A stretch of 40,753 nucleotides of DNA. It comes from Myxococcales bacterium (lineage in GTDB: Bacteria > Myxococcota_A > Polyangia > Polyangiales > Polyangiaceae). A program made the translations under genes and the position numbers. Each line of letters begins with the position of its first letter. The stretch's first letter is position 1. Positions 28,196 to 37,723 of the stretch are shown here, one piece after another. A model generated the notes under the pieces. It saw nothing but the letters and a program-made list of their open reading frames with translations. It was not told the DNA's origin and searched no databases. The stretch is taken from NCBI GenBank assembly GCA_043752365.1, contig JAYUYU010000816.1:1-40753 (forward strand), written 5' to 3'.

Positions 28196-29569
28196 TTACT
28201 GGAGCACCGTGAGAACGACGACGGCGAAGCCGCCGGCTTTGAGTGTGACCTTCTTCGTGGTGTCGGCGCCGCGCGCGCGCAGCTGCACGGTGCGAGGCCC
28301 CGCAGGCAGCACGACGCGCGCGAAGGCCATGCGAGCAGGTAGCGTGGCCCAGTTGCGGGTGTCTGGCGTGTCGGCAGCCGTCAGGGTTGCTTGCGTCGCT
28401 AGGCCGAGCAGGAGGCCGGCGATGGGGTTTTCGTTGCCGGCGGCGGCTTCGACGCCTTTCCCGGCGGCCACGCGCGCGATCATGCGGGTGATGGCCGAGG
28501 CGATCACTGCGCCCTTCACTTGGTCCCAGGCCTTTTTCGTTTCTTTGTCGACGGCTACGATGCCCTCGAGCGGCATCGCCTGGCCGTCGAGTCGGAACGA
28601 CGGCGTGTCGTACTCGCCGTGGGCGTTACCCAGCTCCGGGTAGTTGACCCACGTGACCAAGCCTTGCGCTCCGAGCGCGTTGGCTTGTGCGCTAGCACCG
28701 GGCTCCAGCGCGCCGCTCGCCCAAGTGAGCGCCAGGCCAATTGGCAAACGCTTGGCGACCTTGGCCGGCACGCGGCCATAGTTCACGATCACGAGCAGCT
28801 CGCCCTGCTCGGCGCCGGGCGCGTCGGTCGCGCGTGGCGCCTGCTCACCTTCGGCCAAGCCCGCGACCTTGCGTAGGCGCGGTGATGCGTAGCCGGCGCG
28901 CCCCATCAGGCGTTTGACGGGCTCCGAAAGGCTGCGGTACTCGCCGTACTGCAGGGCCTCGTCGTAGTAGCGGAGCGCCTCTTCGTACTGTCCGCTCTTC
29001 TCGAACGTGAAGCCCGCAAGGTAGCTGCCCGGCGCCGTCAGCGCGTTGTTGGGGTCGCGATCCTTGAGGTACTTCTGCATCACGGCCAAGCGCCGTGCTT
29101 CAACGCGCGCGCCTTGTAGATCTCCCACCGCCAGGTAGTTCACCATGTTCATGGTGTTGATCATCAGCTTCTCGTACGGCGGTGCTTTGTAGGGCCCCAC
29201 GTCGTCCGAGAATAGATATTTGCCGATGTCGTGCGCGGTGTTGCGCGAAAAATCGAGCATCTCGATCTGCTTGTCGCAGACCTCGAGATCGCGGCTGGAC
29301 CATTTGTAAATCTGCAGCTGCTGCAGGACCATGGCGCGGTCGAGCAAGAACAGCGAGTTGTCGCCGTCAGTCTTTTCCGGCAGCTCTTTCTCCGACTTGG
29401 TGTCGAGCTGCTCATTCAGCAACGTAAGCGCCTGACGCGGGCGGCCGGCGTCCAGGGCGCTGCGAATTTCTTTCGTTTTGTCGGAGTGACTGGCGCAGCC
29501 TACTGCCAGCGAACAAACAAACAGCGCGGCGCCGAATCTCGTCGCGCTCCTGCCAAGAATTCCGTGCAT
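28196..29569 (-). CDS. COG3014-like TPR lipoprotein
   Basis: Lipobox LAVGC after ATG 29569; YKAPPYEKLMIN, ARVEARR, ADTPDTRNWATLP. Lies next to an LpoB-like gene. Confidence 0.75.
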   Translation of the reverse strand: MHGILGRSATRFGAALFVCSLAVGCASHSDKTKEIRSALDAGRPRQALTLLNEQLDTKSEKELPEKTDGDNSLFLLDRAMVLQQLQIYKWSSRDLEVCDKQIEMLDFSRNTAHDIGKYLFSDDVGPYKAPPYEKLMINTMNMVNYLAVGDLQGARVEARRLAVMQKYLKDRDPNNALTAPGSYLAGFTFEKSGQYEEALRYYDEALQYGEYRSLSEPVKRLMGRAGYASPRLRKVAGLAEGEQAPRATDAPGAEQGELLVIVNYGRVPAKVAKRLPIGLALTWASGALEPGASAQANALGAQGLVTWVNYPELGNAHGEYDTPSFRLDGQAMPLEGIVAVDKETKKAWDQVKGAVIASAITRMIARVAAGKGVEAAAGNENPIAGLLLGLATQATLTAADTPDTRNWATLPARMAFARVVLPAGPRTVQLRARGADTTKKVTLKAGGFAVVVLTVLQ

Positions 29570-29687
29570 GGTGAGTTCGTTTTGGGGGAGGGGCCCCAAA
29601 ACCAGAGGGTGGGGCCCCAGGAATTCACTTCCTGGGGCGGGAGCTGCGCTCCCGAAGGAAGTGAATCTTAGGAGGCCCTTGGGGCTC

Positions 29688-30293
29688 CTAGATAATGGCT
29701 TTGGTGACCGCGGACTTGTGCTGGAACAGGATTTGACCCGTCTCGACCTCCAGCACTTGAATGAACATGAAATATTGCACACGGCGCTCGCCGTCCTGAC
29801 GCTCGTCGCTGGTGAACACCTTGCCGGTGACGATGTAGCGCGCGCCGATTTGCTTGCCCCAAGTGGAAACTTGGCTGGCGTCGAAGGCGCCCGAGTACTG
29901 CTGGCGAATTTCTGCGATGAGCTTGCCCTGCTGCTCCATGCTGATGACGCGGACGTGACCGGCGTTCACGAGCGTCGTCTCGATGTCGCTGATCAGCGCG
30001 TCGAGCGAGCTTTCGACGTGCTCCGTCGTCTCGTTGCGCAGGGGCAGGACGGCGACGGATGGCATTTGCTCGGCCTCCCAGCGCTTGAGCACGGGCGCGC
30101 TTTCGAGCGCCTTCATGTTCTGTTGCAGGAGCTTTTGCAGGTCCCGGCGGTCGAGCCCGGTGCTCATGGCCTGGTCGTCCAGACCCTCCACGTCCTCCCC
30201 GCGGACGGCCTTGGGGCCACAGCCCACGGCGCCCAGCGTCAGCCCCAAAACCATCGAAAGCGCGCCCAACCGTCCGATGCTGCTCATGCTCAT
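29688..30293 (-). CDS. lpoB: Penicillin-binding protein activator LpoB-like lipoprotein
   Basis: Lipobox AVGC; LRNETTEHV, GKQIGARYIVTG, QVLEVETGQILF. Confidence 0.75.
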   Translation of the reverse strand: MSMSSIGRLGALSMVLGLTLGAVGCGPKAVRGEDVEGLDDQAMSTGLDRRDLQKLLQQNMKALESAPVLKRWEAEQMPSVAVLPLRNETTEHVESSLDALISDIETTLVNAGHVRVISMEQQGKLIAEIRQQYSGAFDASQVSTWGKQIGARYIVTGKVFTSDERQDGERRVQYFMFIQVLEVETGQILFQHKSAVTKAII

Positions 30294-30415
30294 CTCCTAG
30301 AATTCCCTAAAGAGTTCGACGAAGCTTGTGTGCGGAGCATGTAAGGCCGCGATGGCGGGCGTCAAATGACGTCCGCCATTCCCCATGGTTCCGCGGGTTT
30401 CGCTGATTTGGAGCG

Positions 30416-31072
30416 TCAGGCCGGATTGGGCGCCGTACCGCCGCTGCCCGCACGGCGCACCGGTATGATTTGCACCCGGCGGTCGTCGCCCTCGCCGTCG
30501 CTGCGGGTGATGACGCCCTCGAACCCGGCGAGCGCCAGGTGGACCACGCGACGGTCGCGCGGGTTCATCGGCTCGAACGTGATGATCTTGCCCTGCTCCA
30601 CGGCCTGCTTGCCGAGGCGCTTCGCCATGCTGGCGAGCGAATCGTCGCGGCGGCTCTTGTAGCCCTCCGCGTCCACCGACACGTGTCGACGGTCGAGCCC
30701 CGGGCGGTTGATCACGCGGTGCGTGACGAACTGCAGCGCCGAGAGCACCTGGCCCTTCTTGCCGATGATGCGTCCAGCGTCACGGCCAGCGATTTCGAGG
30801 TTGATCTCGTCGACCGAGTTGCCCTCGCGCGCGCGTCGAAGGTGGACCGTGCATTCCATTTCCATCTCGCGGACGATGGTGGTCAGAAAATCGAGCGCCT
30901 TCTGCTGGCGGTCGTCGCTCGGCTCGAGGTCGGGCTCACGGCGCTTGCCGCGTCCCCGGTCGTCGGCCTGTTCGGCACCCGCGTCCGCGTCCGCCTTGGG
31001 CAGCGGTGCATCGTTCGGGTCCTTTTCCTCCCACGCATCGTCGTTGAGCTCGTTCGTATCGCCCATGTTCAT
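30416..31072 (-). CDS. jag: Jag/EloR (KhpB) RNA-binding protein with KH and R3H domains
   Basis: GRIIGKKGQVLSALQ (KH) and EPMNPRDRRVVHLAL (R3H). ATGA overlap with the yidC stop. Confidence 0.92.
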   Translation of the reverse strand: MNMGDTNELNDDAWEEKDPNDAPLPKADADAGAEQADDRGRGKRREPDLEPSDDRQQKALDFLTTIVREMEMECTVHLRRAREGNSVDEINLEIAGRDAGRIIGKKGQVLSALQFVTHRVINRPGLDRRHVSVDAEGYKSRRDDSLASMAKRLGKQAVEQGKIITFEPMNPRDRRVVHLALAGFEGVITRSDGEGDDRRVQIIPVRRAGSGGTAPNPA

Positions 31073-32874
31073 GCCTTTCCATTGCCGAGCTGGGGCCGGT
31101 CTTCGACCTTGCCCTTCGGCGTAAGCTTTTCTTTGCCTGGCTTCGAGGTGTCGCTGACGACCTCGACCTTGATCGCGCCCTTGTCGTTCTTCACGCTGCG
31201 CCGTGCGTGCCATTCCACGCCCTGCTGCTGCAGGATGCCGAGCACGCCATTGGTGAACATGTACACGCCCAGGCCGGCTGGGAGGAACAACATGAACACC
31301 GTGAACATCGCGGGCATGAAGTACAGCATCATCTTCTGCTGCGCCGGATCACCCTGTGGGGGCATCAGCTTTTGCTGCAAGAAGGAGGTTATGCCAATCA
31401 CGAACGGCAGGATGTACAGCGGATCTGCCGAAGACAGATCGGGGAACCACAAGAAGGGGATGTTGTAGAGTTCGACCGCCGTTTGCAACGTGCTGTAGAG
31501 CGCGAACCACACCGGCATAGAGGCCAGCTGGGGCAGGCAGCCCTTCAGCGGATTCACGTTGTGTTTCCGCCACAGCTCCATTTGCGCGAGGCCCTTGGCC
31601 TGGGCATCGTCCTTGAATTTCTCGTTCAGTGCGTCGATCTCGGGCTTGAGTTCGCGCATCTTGATCATGCCCTTGATGGAGGGCAGCGTGAGCGGGAACA
31701 GCAGCGTGCGGGCCGTGATCGTGAGGACCATGATCGCCAGGCCCCAGTTGTTCAGGACGCCGTGGACCTTCAGCAAGAAGGCAACCAAAATTTTGGCGAT
31801 GGGCGAGAAGTAGCCGAGGTTAATCAGCTGATCGAGCTTGTGGGTGCCGCCCGCCGCGTTGGCCAGCAGCGAGCGCTCCATGGGACCCGAGAAGCTGGTG
31901 AGCGAGTAAGTCGCGCTTTGGCCTGGGTCCAGCGCTAGCTGGGGGTAGGCCAAACGGACGCGATACAGCGCGCCTCCGTTGGGGTCCTTGTCGATGCTGC
32001 CGAAGGCGGCCGCGTAGCGCTCCTGAATCTGAGCTTGGCAGACGGGAAACTTGCTCGGCCCTTCCAGCGGCACCAGCGAGTGCGTGAAGTAGACGTTGGA
32101 CACGGCGGCCAGAGCGGGCTGGCCTGAAGTCTCGAACCAGTTGCCGGAATTTCGCGAGTTACGCGGGAAAAATTCCCTGTTTTCGAAGTCCTCCGGTTCG
32201 AATTCGGCGGGCGTCAGGCGCGTGGCGACGTCGTCCCGGCCGATACACTCGACCTGCGTGGTGAGCGGGCTTTGGCGGAACGCGCCGGGCGTGACCTCGT
32301 GATGGTAACGCCAAGCGTCCGAATGCACCGTGAGCTCGTGCTTGAGCGGAGTCGCCGCACGGTTGGTGATGGTCGCGCTGACGTTCAGCTCGTAGGGGCG
32401 CGCGTTGAGGCTCACGACCTTGGTGAGCTCTACTTTGTCGTCGCGGTAGCTGAATTCGCAGGTCTTGCCGTCGGCTTTGACCAGCGCCCAGTCCATCGTG
32501 TCGGGGTCGACCTGGCGCTCGGGGTTCTTCTCGAGCTGGTTTGCGAAGTGGAAGCGCAGCTGCTGGTAAAGCTCCTGATCGGGCGTGGTCGAGATGTCGA
32601 ACGGCTTGCCGTCTTTGCGGTATTTCGCGCTTGTGAGCCAGTAGTGCTTCAGCGATGCGCCGCGCGTCGTCAGCTGGGCACGGAAGCGGTCACCCCACAA
32701 ATCACACAGGACTTCGGGCGCGCGCGCGGCAGCAACCACCGGCACGGTTTCATCCGCTCGCCCGACCGGCTGGGGGACCTTTTGGTCGCCACCCATGAGG
32801 TCCGTGCCGAACCTGATGAACAGAAAGATACCGGCGGCGATGAGCAACCAGCGACCGAGATTGCCGCGTTCCAT
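31069..32874 (-). CDS. yidC: Membrane protein insertase YidC
   Basis: NWGLAIMVLT...LLFPLT, NPLKGCLP, DLSSADPLYILP, LPAGLGVY; conserved synteny. Confidence 0.97.
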   Translation of the reverse strand: MERGNLGRWLLIAAGIFLFIRFGTDLMGGDQKVPQPVGRADETVPVVAAARAPEVLCDLWGDRFRAQLTTRGASLKHYWLTSAKYRKDGKPFDISTTPDQELYQQLRFHFANQLEKNPERQVDPDTMDWALVKADGKTCEFSYRDDKVELTKVVSLNARPYELNVSATITNRAATPLKHELTVHSDAWRYHHEVTPGAFRQSPLTTQVECIGRDDVATRLTPAEFEPEDFENREFFPRNSRNSGNWFETSGQPALAAVSNVYFTHSLVPLEGPSKFPVCQAQIQERYAAAFGSIDKDPNGGALYRVRLAYPQLALDPGQSATYSLTSFSGPMERSLLANAAGGTHKLDQLINLGYFSPIAKILVAFLLKVHGVLNNWGLAIMVLTITARTLLFPLTLPSIKGMIKMRELKPEIDALNEKFKDDAQAKGLAQMELWRKHNVNPLKGCLPQLASMPVWFALYSTLQTAVELYNIPFLWFPDLSSADPLYILPFVIGITSFLQQKLMPPQGDPAQQKMMLYFMPAMFTVFMLFLPAGLGVYMFTNGVLGILQQQGVEWHARRSVKNDKGAIKVEVVSDTSKPGKEKLTPKGKVEDRPQLGNGKA

Positions 32875-33040
32875 GAGCTACGTTTTTTCCGAGGAAACCC
32901 GCTACGCGAACAAGTTCGCCGGGCGCGAGATTTGAGCCTGGCGTCCTAGCACGGGGGGAGGGGTAAGGGGCTAGGGATCAGGAGCTAGTCGGGGGCCATG
33001 ACTTGAGATCGCCCGTGGCGTTTACGGCTAGACCGAGAAT

Positions 33041-33292
33041 TCAGGGACGGCTGATTTCGCCCTTGGGAAGTGGAGGAGGATCGTAACCGCCCGGGTGGAA
33101 GGGGTGGCAGCGAATGATGCGCCGGAACCCCAGGTACGAGCCGCGCGCCGCGCCGTGCAAGCGCAGGCATTCGTGGGTGTATCTGGAGCAGGAGGGCTCG
33201 AAGCGACAAACCGGGCCAAGCAGCGGCGAGAGCACCCGCTGATAGACGCGGATGAGCAACATCAGCAGCCGGGCCAGCATCGGCCCAAACAT
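33041..33292 (-). CDS. yidD: Membrane protein insertion efficiency factor YidD
   Basis: YQRVLSPLLGPVCRFEPSCSRY...RCHPFHPGGYDP. Confidence 0.96.
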   Translation of the reverse strand: MFGPMLARLLMLLIRVYQRVLSPLLGPVCRFEPSCSRYTHECLRLHGAARGSYLGFRRIIRCHPFHPGGYDPPPLPKGEISRP

Positions 33293-33295
33293 AGC

Positions 33296-33667
33296 TCAAG
33301 CCCCGGCGGTGCGACGGATGCGGGGCAGGGCGCGTTGCCACTCCTCGAGCAGCGCGCCCATTTTGCGCTCACCGAGCGGGCGCCGCACGATGACCACGAT
33401 GTCCAGGGCACCGGGCAAATCGTTGAAAACCGCGCGAAAACCTTCACGAATCAAGCGGCGCGCACGACTACGCTGCACGCTATTGCCAATCTTTCGTGAC
33501 GCCGTGATGCCCAAGCGGAGCGGTGAGCCCGCGGCGCGGCGTTTGATTACGAAGACCAGGCAGTCCCCGTTGACGCGGACGCCCCCCGACTGAATATCCA
33601 GAAACTCGGCACGCTTGCGGACGCGGTTGGCTCGCGAGGGAGCACCGGACCGACCACTGCCAACCAC
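33296..33667 (-). CDS. rnpA: Ribonuclease P protein component
   Basis: RLGITASRKIGNSVQRSRARRLIREGFR (RNR-type motif); synteny. Confidence 0.95.
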   Translation of the reverse strand: MVGSGRSGAPSRANRVRKRAEFLDIQSGGVRVNGDCLVFVIKRRAAGSPLRLGITASRKIGNSVQRSRARRLIREGFRAVFNDLPGALDIVVIVRRPLGERKMGALLEEWQRALPRIRRTAGA

Positions 33668-33817
33668 TTACTTTTCGTAAATCGAAACCGTCAGGCGCCA
33701 GCGGCCCTTGCGGCGACGGTTCTTGAGTATGTTTTGGCCGCCCTTGGTCTTGTTGCGCTTACGGAAGCCGTGAGTGCGGATGCGGCTGATATTGTGGGGC
33801 TGGTAAGTGCGTTTCAT
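33668..33817 (-). CDS. rpmH: 50S ribosomal protein L34
   Basis: Hand translation: [49 protein letters not shown]. Below the ORF-track size cutoff. Confidence 0.97.
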   Translation of the reverse strand: MKRTYQPHNISRIRTHGFRKRNKTKGGQNILKNRRRKGRWRLTVSIYEK

Positions 33818-33885
33818 GGCTGACTCGTGAAGCGATGGGGTACGTCGGAGCTAGGTAGGGACCCAGTGGGACGTGGACCGCGGCG

Positions 33886-33915
33886 GAATTAGCCATCCAT
33901 TGGAGGGCTCGTCAA
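33886..33915 (-). promoter_or_regulatory. Possible sigma-70 promoter for the rpmH operon
   Basis: TTGACG (33915-33910) followed after about 17 nt by CTAATT; the -10 match is weak. Confidence 0.3.
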
Positions 33916-33983
33916 GTCCTGGCGGCCTTTTTCGGTGAGTTGAGCTTGATCGACCCCCAGCTGCGTGTTACTCCCCGCGTCCC

Positions 33984-34151
33984 ATGCGAGAGAACATTCG
34001 CCTCGTTTCTTCGGCCGGTACGGGTTTCACCTACTACACGACCAAGAACAAGCGCACGCAGACTAGCAAGCTGGAATTGAAGAAGTACGACCCGGTCAAG
34101 CGCGAGCACGTCGTGTTCAAAGAGGCGAAGATGCCTCCACACAGCAAGTAA
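33984..34151 (+). CDS. rpmG: 50S ribosomal protein L33 (Cys-free, non-zinc form)
   Basis: Hand translation: [55 protein letters not shown]. Not in the ORF track. Confidence 0.96.
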   Translation: MRENIRLVSSAGTGFTYYTTKNKRTQTSKLELKKYDPVKREHVVFKEAKMPPHSK

Positions 34152-34174
34152 TCGCCGCTACTTCAGTAACCGAG

Positions 34175-34217
34175 CGCGGAGCTGCCTCACCCGAGGTGCT
34201 CCGCGTTTTGTCGTTTT
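34175..34217 (+). terminator. Rho-independent terminator after rpmG
   Basis: CGCGGAGC/GCTCCGCG stem with an inner CCTC/GAGG stem, followed by TTTTGTCGTTTT. Confidence 0.8.
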
Positions 34218-34260
34218 GTATCGCCGCCCCCAGCCGCGCGATGTGACGTCGGCGTTAGCC

Positions 34261-34462
34261 CCCAGATTTTTTCACAGGAGATCGGGAGATCGGGAGTCGT
34301 GCGAGCGTGCAGTTGTTGCGCTGCATCAGTTCGTCCCTAGCGTTGCGCCGTTGAAAGCCGTAACGGGGCTGAACGAAGCGACGCAACTGCCACAAAATTT
34401 AGGCGCCAAAAAATCAGGGCTCGCACGACTCCCGATCTCCCGATCTCCCTGTTAAATCTGGG
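34261..34462. repeat. ~200-bp palindromic intergenic element (REP/MITE-like) with ~45-bp inverted arms
   Basis: 34261-34306 (CCCAGATTTTTTCACAGGAGATCGGGAGATCGGGAGTCGTGCGAGC) is a near reverse complement of 34419-34462. Confidence 0.85.
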
Positions 34463-34493
34463 CGACGAACGACGCCGAACGTAAACGCCCGCC

Positions 34494-36248
34494 CTATTCG
34501 GCGCCGCTCAGGATTCTGAACTCGACGCGACGGTTTTTGGAGCGGCCGTCGTCGGTTTCGTTGGGCGCGATGGGCTTGGTCTGGCCGTAGCCCTCGGATT
34601 CGAGACGACTGGCTGCGATGCCCTTACCCTGCAGGTAATTGCGCACGGCTGCTGCGCGGTCTTTGCTCAGCTTCAGGTTGTTTGCCGGCATGCCCTTGCT
34701 GTCGGTGTGGCCGTAGACGCCGACGCGGATGGACGGTCGGCTCTTCATCAGGTCGACCACGTCGTCCATAATCGGGAAGCTGATGGGCTTGATGTTCGCG
34801 CGCCCGGTTTCAAACTCGATGGGCTTGAGCAGTTGCACGCTGCCGTCGGAACCCATTTCAATCAAGCTCGGACAACCGAACTTCGCGGCAATTGGGGAAC
34901 GCTTGCCGGGCTCGGTCGGGCACTTGTCCTGTACGTCCGGGATGCCGTCGCTGTCGGCGTCGTCCTCGGGGCAACCGTCGTCGTCTTGAACGCCGTCCTT
35001 GTCCTCGGCCTTGTCGGGGCACTGGTCGTTGACGTCGAGGATGCCATCGCCGTCACGATCGGAGCTGCCCGGACAGCCGTCGGTGGCTTGAGGCGGCTTG
35101 CCATCCTCTTTTTCCGTGGGACAGCCGTCGACGGAATCGGGGTAGCCGTCGCCGTCGGTGTCGCGGTCGTACGTGTCGACGTCCACCGAGCTGCGCATGC
35201 GGCGCGCGGGCGCCTTGCTCTTGAAGTCGAGCAGGTTGGCGTACGTGCCGATTGAGCCCAAAATGCGGAAATCAGGCGCACCGTAGCCGGTGGTGAGGCG
35301 CGTGCCGGCGCCGACCTGCACGTAAACGCGGTCGCGCGGATCGATCGTGAAACGACCTTGCGCCAACCACTCGAGATCCGTGTTGGCGCCCGCGAAGAAC
35401 TTGTTTTCGTCGTTCACCGACGACATGCCGGTGGTGCCCCAAAGCTCGCCACCAAGCCGCACTTTGCCTTCACGCAGCGGCAGGTAAGCGCCGAACGCCC
35501 AGCGTAAATCAGAGCCCAGGTACAGGCTGCCTGCGCTGCCGCCGATGCTGCCATCGGGGCGGAAGTGAGGGCCAAGGTTGCCGCTCAGGAAGAACTTGCC
35601 GAAATCGAGCTCGCTGGCGACATACAGCGAGCCGCTGGCGCCGCCGTCGCTGGCGAAAGCGCCGCGGTTGCCGGTAGGAGCAAATAGCGCGGCGCCCAGG
35701 CCGAACTTCAGCCACTCGCTGTCCGTCTCCCAAGTCTTGACGCGAAGATCCAGACGCAAATCGCTCACCGCGACCGGCGTGTCGCCAATCCCGCCGCCGC
35801 CAACGCCCTCGGACTGGGGGTCGTTGCCGTAAATGTTGAGCAGGTTGATCGGCAACGTCAGCCCCACCGTCAGACGCTTCAGGACCTGCGCGCCGCCCGT
35901 CAGGTAGGTGATGAACTGCCCTGCGACAGGGTTGTCGATGTGATTCTTGACGCTCGGATCGTCGGTGACGGTGTCGCTGCGTAGCGGGTTGTGGGTGTAA
36001 CCCAACGCGCCGTTCACGAAGACGCGGTTCTCGGCCGACCCAACGGGGCGCCAGACCATGAAGCCGTCGTCGGGCGCGCCCGACAATTGGGCGCGATCGA
36101 GTTGGAAGTACGTTGCCTGGGCGCGGGCTTCGCCGAGGCCTAGTACTAAGGCGGAGGAGCCCAGGGCCACAGCCACCAGGGCGCGCGCACCGCGCGCGGT
36201 GGCAGAGCGACCAAGAGCGCACCGAGCTTGTTCCCGATAAGGCAGCAC
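34494..36248 (-). CDS. OmpA-family protein with N-terminal beta-barrel and thrombospondin type-3-like Ca-binding repeats
   Basis: DxDGDGxxDxxDxCP repeats; C-terminal IEFETG...GHTDSKG...NLKLSKDRA...NRRVEF. Confidence 0.93.
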   Translation of the reverse strand: MLPYREQARCALGRSATARGARALVAVALGSSALVLGLGEARAQATYFQLDRAQLSGAPDDGFMVWRPVGSAENRVFVNGALGYTHNPLRSDTVTDDPSVKNHIDNPVAGQFITYLTGGAQVLKRLTVGLTLPINLLNIYGNDPQSEGVGGGGIGDTPVAVSDLRLDLRVKTWETDSEWLKFGLGAALFAPTGNRGAFASDGGASGSLYVASELDFGKFFLSGNLGPHFRPDGSIGGSAGSLYLGSDLRWAFGAYLPLREGKVRLGGELWGTTGMSSVNDENKFFAGANTDLEWLAQGRFTIDPRDRVYVQVGAGTRLTTGYGAPDFRILGSIGTYANLLDFKSKAPARRMRSSVDVDTYDRDTDGDGYPDSVDGCPTEKEDGKPPQATDGCPGSSDRDGDGILDVNDQCPDKAEDKDGVQDDDGCPEDDADSDGIPDVQDKCPTEPGKRSPIAAKFGCPSLIEMGSDGSVQLLKPIEFETGRANIKPISFPIMDDVVDLMKSRPSIRVGVYGHTDSKGMPANNLKLSKDRAAAVRNYLQGKGIAASRLESEGYGQTKPIAPNETDDGRSKNRRVEFRILSGAE

Positions 36249-36341
36249 GGCGACGGAAAGTAGCCTGCCCGATTCGGCATTAGAAGCGATGATTTCGGCT
36301 TCGCCGTCTTCATTTGGCCCGAGGCTCGACCGGCCAACGGG

Positions 36342-37652
36342 TCAGCGCGGTGCGCCGACTTGGTCGGGAAAGTCCGCGAACACCTCGCAGACCCAGATTG
36401 ACCCGTCCGGATCGATCGCGATTCCGATTCCAATTCTATCGAAACGCGGCTGAAGCAGGTTTTCGCGGTGCGAGGGGCTAGCCCACAAGGCGCGGTGCGC
36501 GCGCGTGATGTCCAGGGCGTGGGCGACGTTTTCCCCGGTTGCGAGGATGCTGAGCTCGGCCCCCTCGACGCGGCTGCGCGGGTCCCCGTCGCCCGCGTCG
36601 TGGGCGACGCGCCTTTGCTTGCGCATGGCCTGTGCGTGGCGGTCGGCGATACCGTCGAGCGTGGCGTCGCGTGCGAGGGCTGGGCTCTGCTCCGTTGCGC
36701 GCGCTTGATTCACCATGGCGAGCAGCGCGGCGGCGTTATCGGTGCCGCCGTCGAGCGGCTGCTTTGGCTCACCCGGCGCGGCGTCACCGAAGAACGAGGT
36801 AGGCGGTGCGACGTCGGCGTAGACGGTAGCTTCCAACACGGGGCGCGGGCCGCCTGCGACGTTGGCCAGGAGCTGAATCAAGAACGCTCCGGGGCGATCA
36901 GCATGGAAACGCGCGCGGGCGCGTTGGCCGTCGAAGCTCGTGGGCACCGCGTAGGGTGCGCCGCTCGGTCCGAGCACGATGACCTTGGCGTCGCTCGCCG
37001 TCACCAGCAAGTTGGCGTTGACCTCGACCCAGGTTCCGGACCGAATCTGCACCGGTAGCGGGTCGAGATCAGCGAGCGCGTCGACCGCCACTGCCGCGAG
37101 CACGCTGCGTTGCGGCGTTGTGGCAAGCGCAACGCCGCAACGCCGCTCGCCGCCGTCGTCGAAGCTGGTGAGCCAGGCGTGCATGCGCTCCACGGCCGCC
37201 GGGTTGTCCAAATCTCCGCCTTCCAGGGTCCACGCGCGCGGCCACACGTAGGGCGAGCCTTCGGCGCGGAGCGCGAAGCTTATTTCGGAGACGTCGAGCG
37301 CGGCGCTGCCTTCGGCCTGGCGCCGCGCGAAGCGCTCGGCAACGCGCGACAGCGCCGCGTCCCCGAGCTTGCACTGTCCGAAGAAGGCTGCGAGCGGCGC
37401 CGGAACCTGTGCGACACCGAGCGGTGACCGGGTGACGTCCGGGAAGCCGAAAACCTCGCCGCCGTCGCTGGCGAAGGCCGGCGTGGCTTGCGTGCGCGTC
37501 CCGCTCGTCGGCCCTCGGCTCGTTGGTGTGGCACTGCAGCCGCAAGCGCCGGCGAGGGCCAGCAGGATGAGCCCAGGCAGCGCTGGGGCGAGGCAACAAA
37601 GCACCAGTCTCGCGCAAAGGCTGCGTACCCGTGCGACCCAGGTTCGGCCCAT
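36342..37652 (-). CDS. CAP/SCP domain-containing exported protein
   Basis: VNQARA...HAQAM...GENVA...LWASPSHRENLL...IGIGI. Confidence 0.88.
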   Translation of the reverse strand: MGRTWVARVRSLCARLVLCCLAPALPGLILLALAGACGCSATPTSRGPTSGTRTQATPAFASDGGEVFGFPDVTRSPLGVAQVPAPLAAFFGQCKLGDAALSRVAERFARRQAEGSAALDVSEISFALRAEGSPYVWPRAWTLEGGDLDNPAAVERMHAWLTSFDDGGERRCGVALATTPQRSVLAAVAVDALADLDPLPVQIRSGTWVEVNANLLVTASDAKVIVLGPSGAPYAVPTSFDGQRARARFHADRPGAFLIQLLANVAGGPRPVLEATVYADVAPPTSFFGDAAPGEPKQPLDGGTDNAAALLAMVNQARATEQSPALARDATLDGIADRHAQAMRKQRRVAHDAGDGDPRSRVEGAELSILATGENVAHALDITRAHRALWASPSHRENLLQPRFDRIGIGIAIDPDGSIWVCEVFADFPDQVGAPR

Positions 37653-37723
37653 GGACCGTTAGTAGCATGTTTCGGTCCTACGGCCGTTGCTCCTGCGGCG
37701 CATGGCGTCTACGCTCGCGCAGA

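Noticed and set aside
33818-33983. oriC next to rpmH
   Set aside because: No dnaA, no DnaA boxes and no AT-rich unwinding element were seen.
33912-34142. 76-aa minus-strand ORF in the ORF track
   Set aside because: It is antisense to the clear rpmG gene.
34915-35170. Asp-rich repeats in the OmpA gene
   Set aside because: Explained by known TSP3-like Ca-binding repeats.
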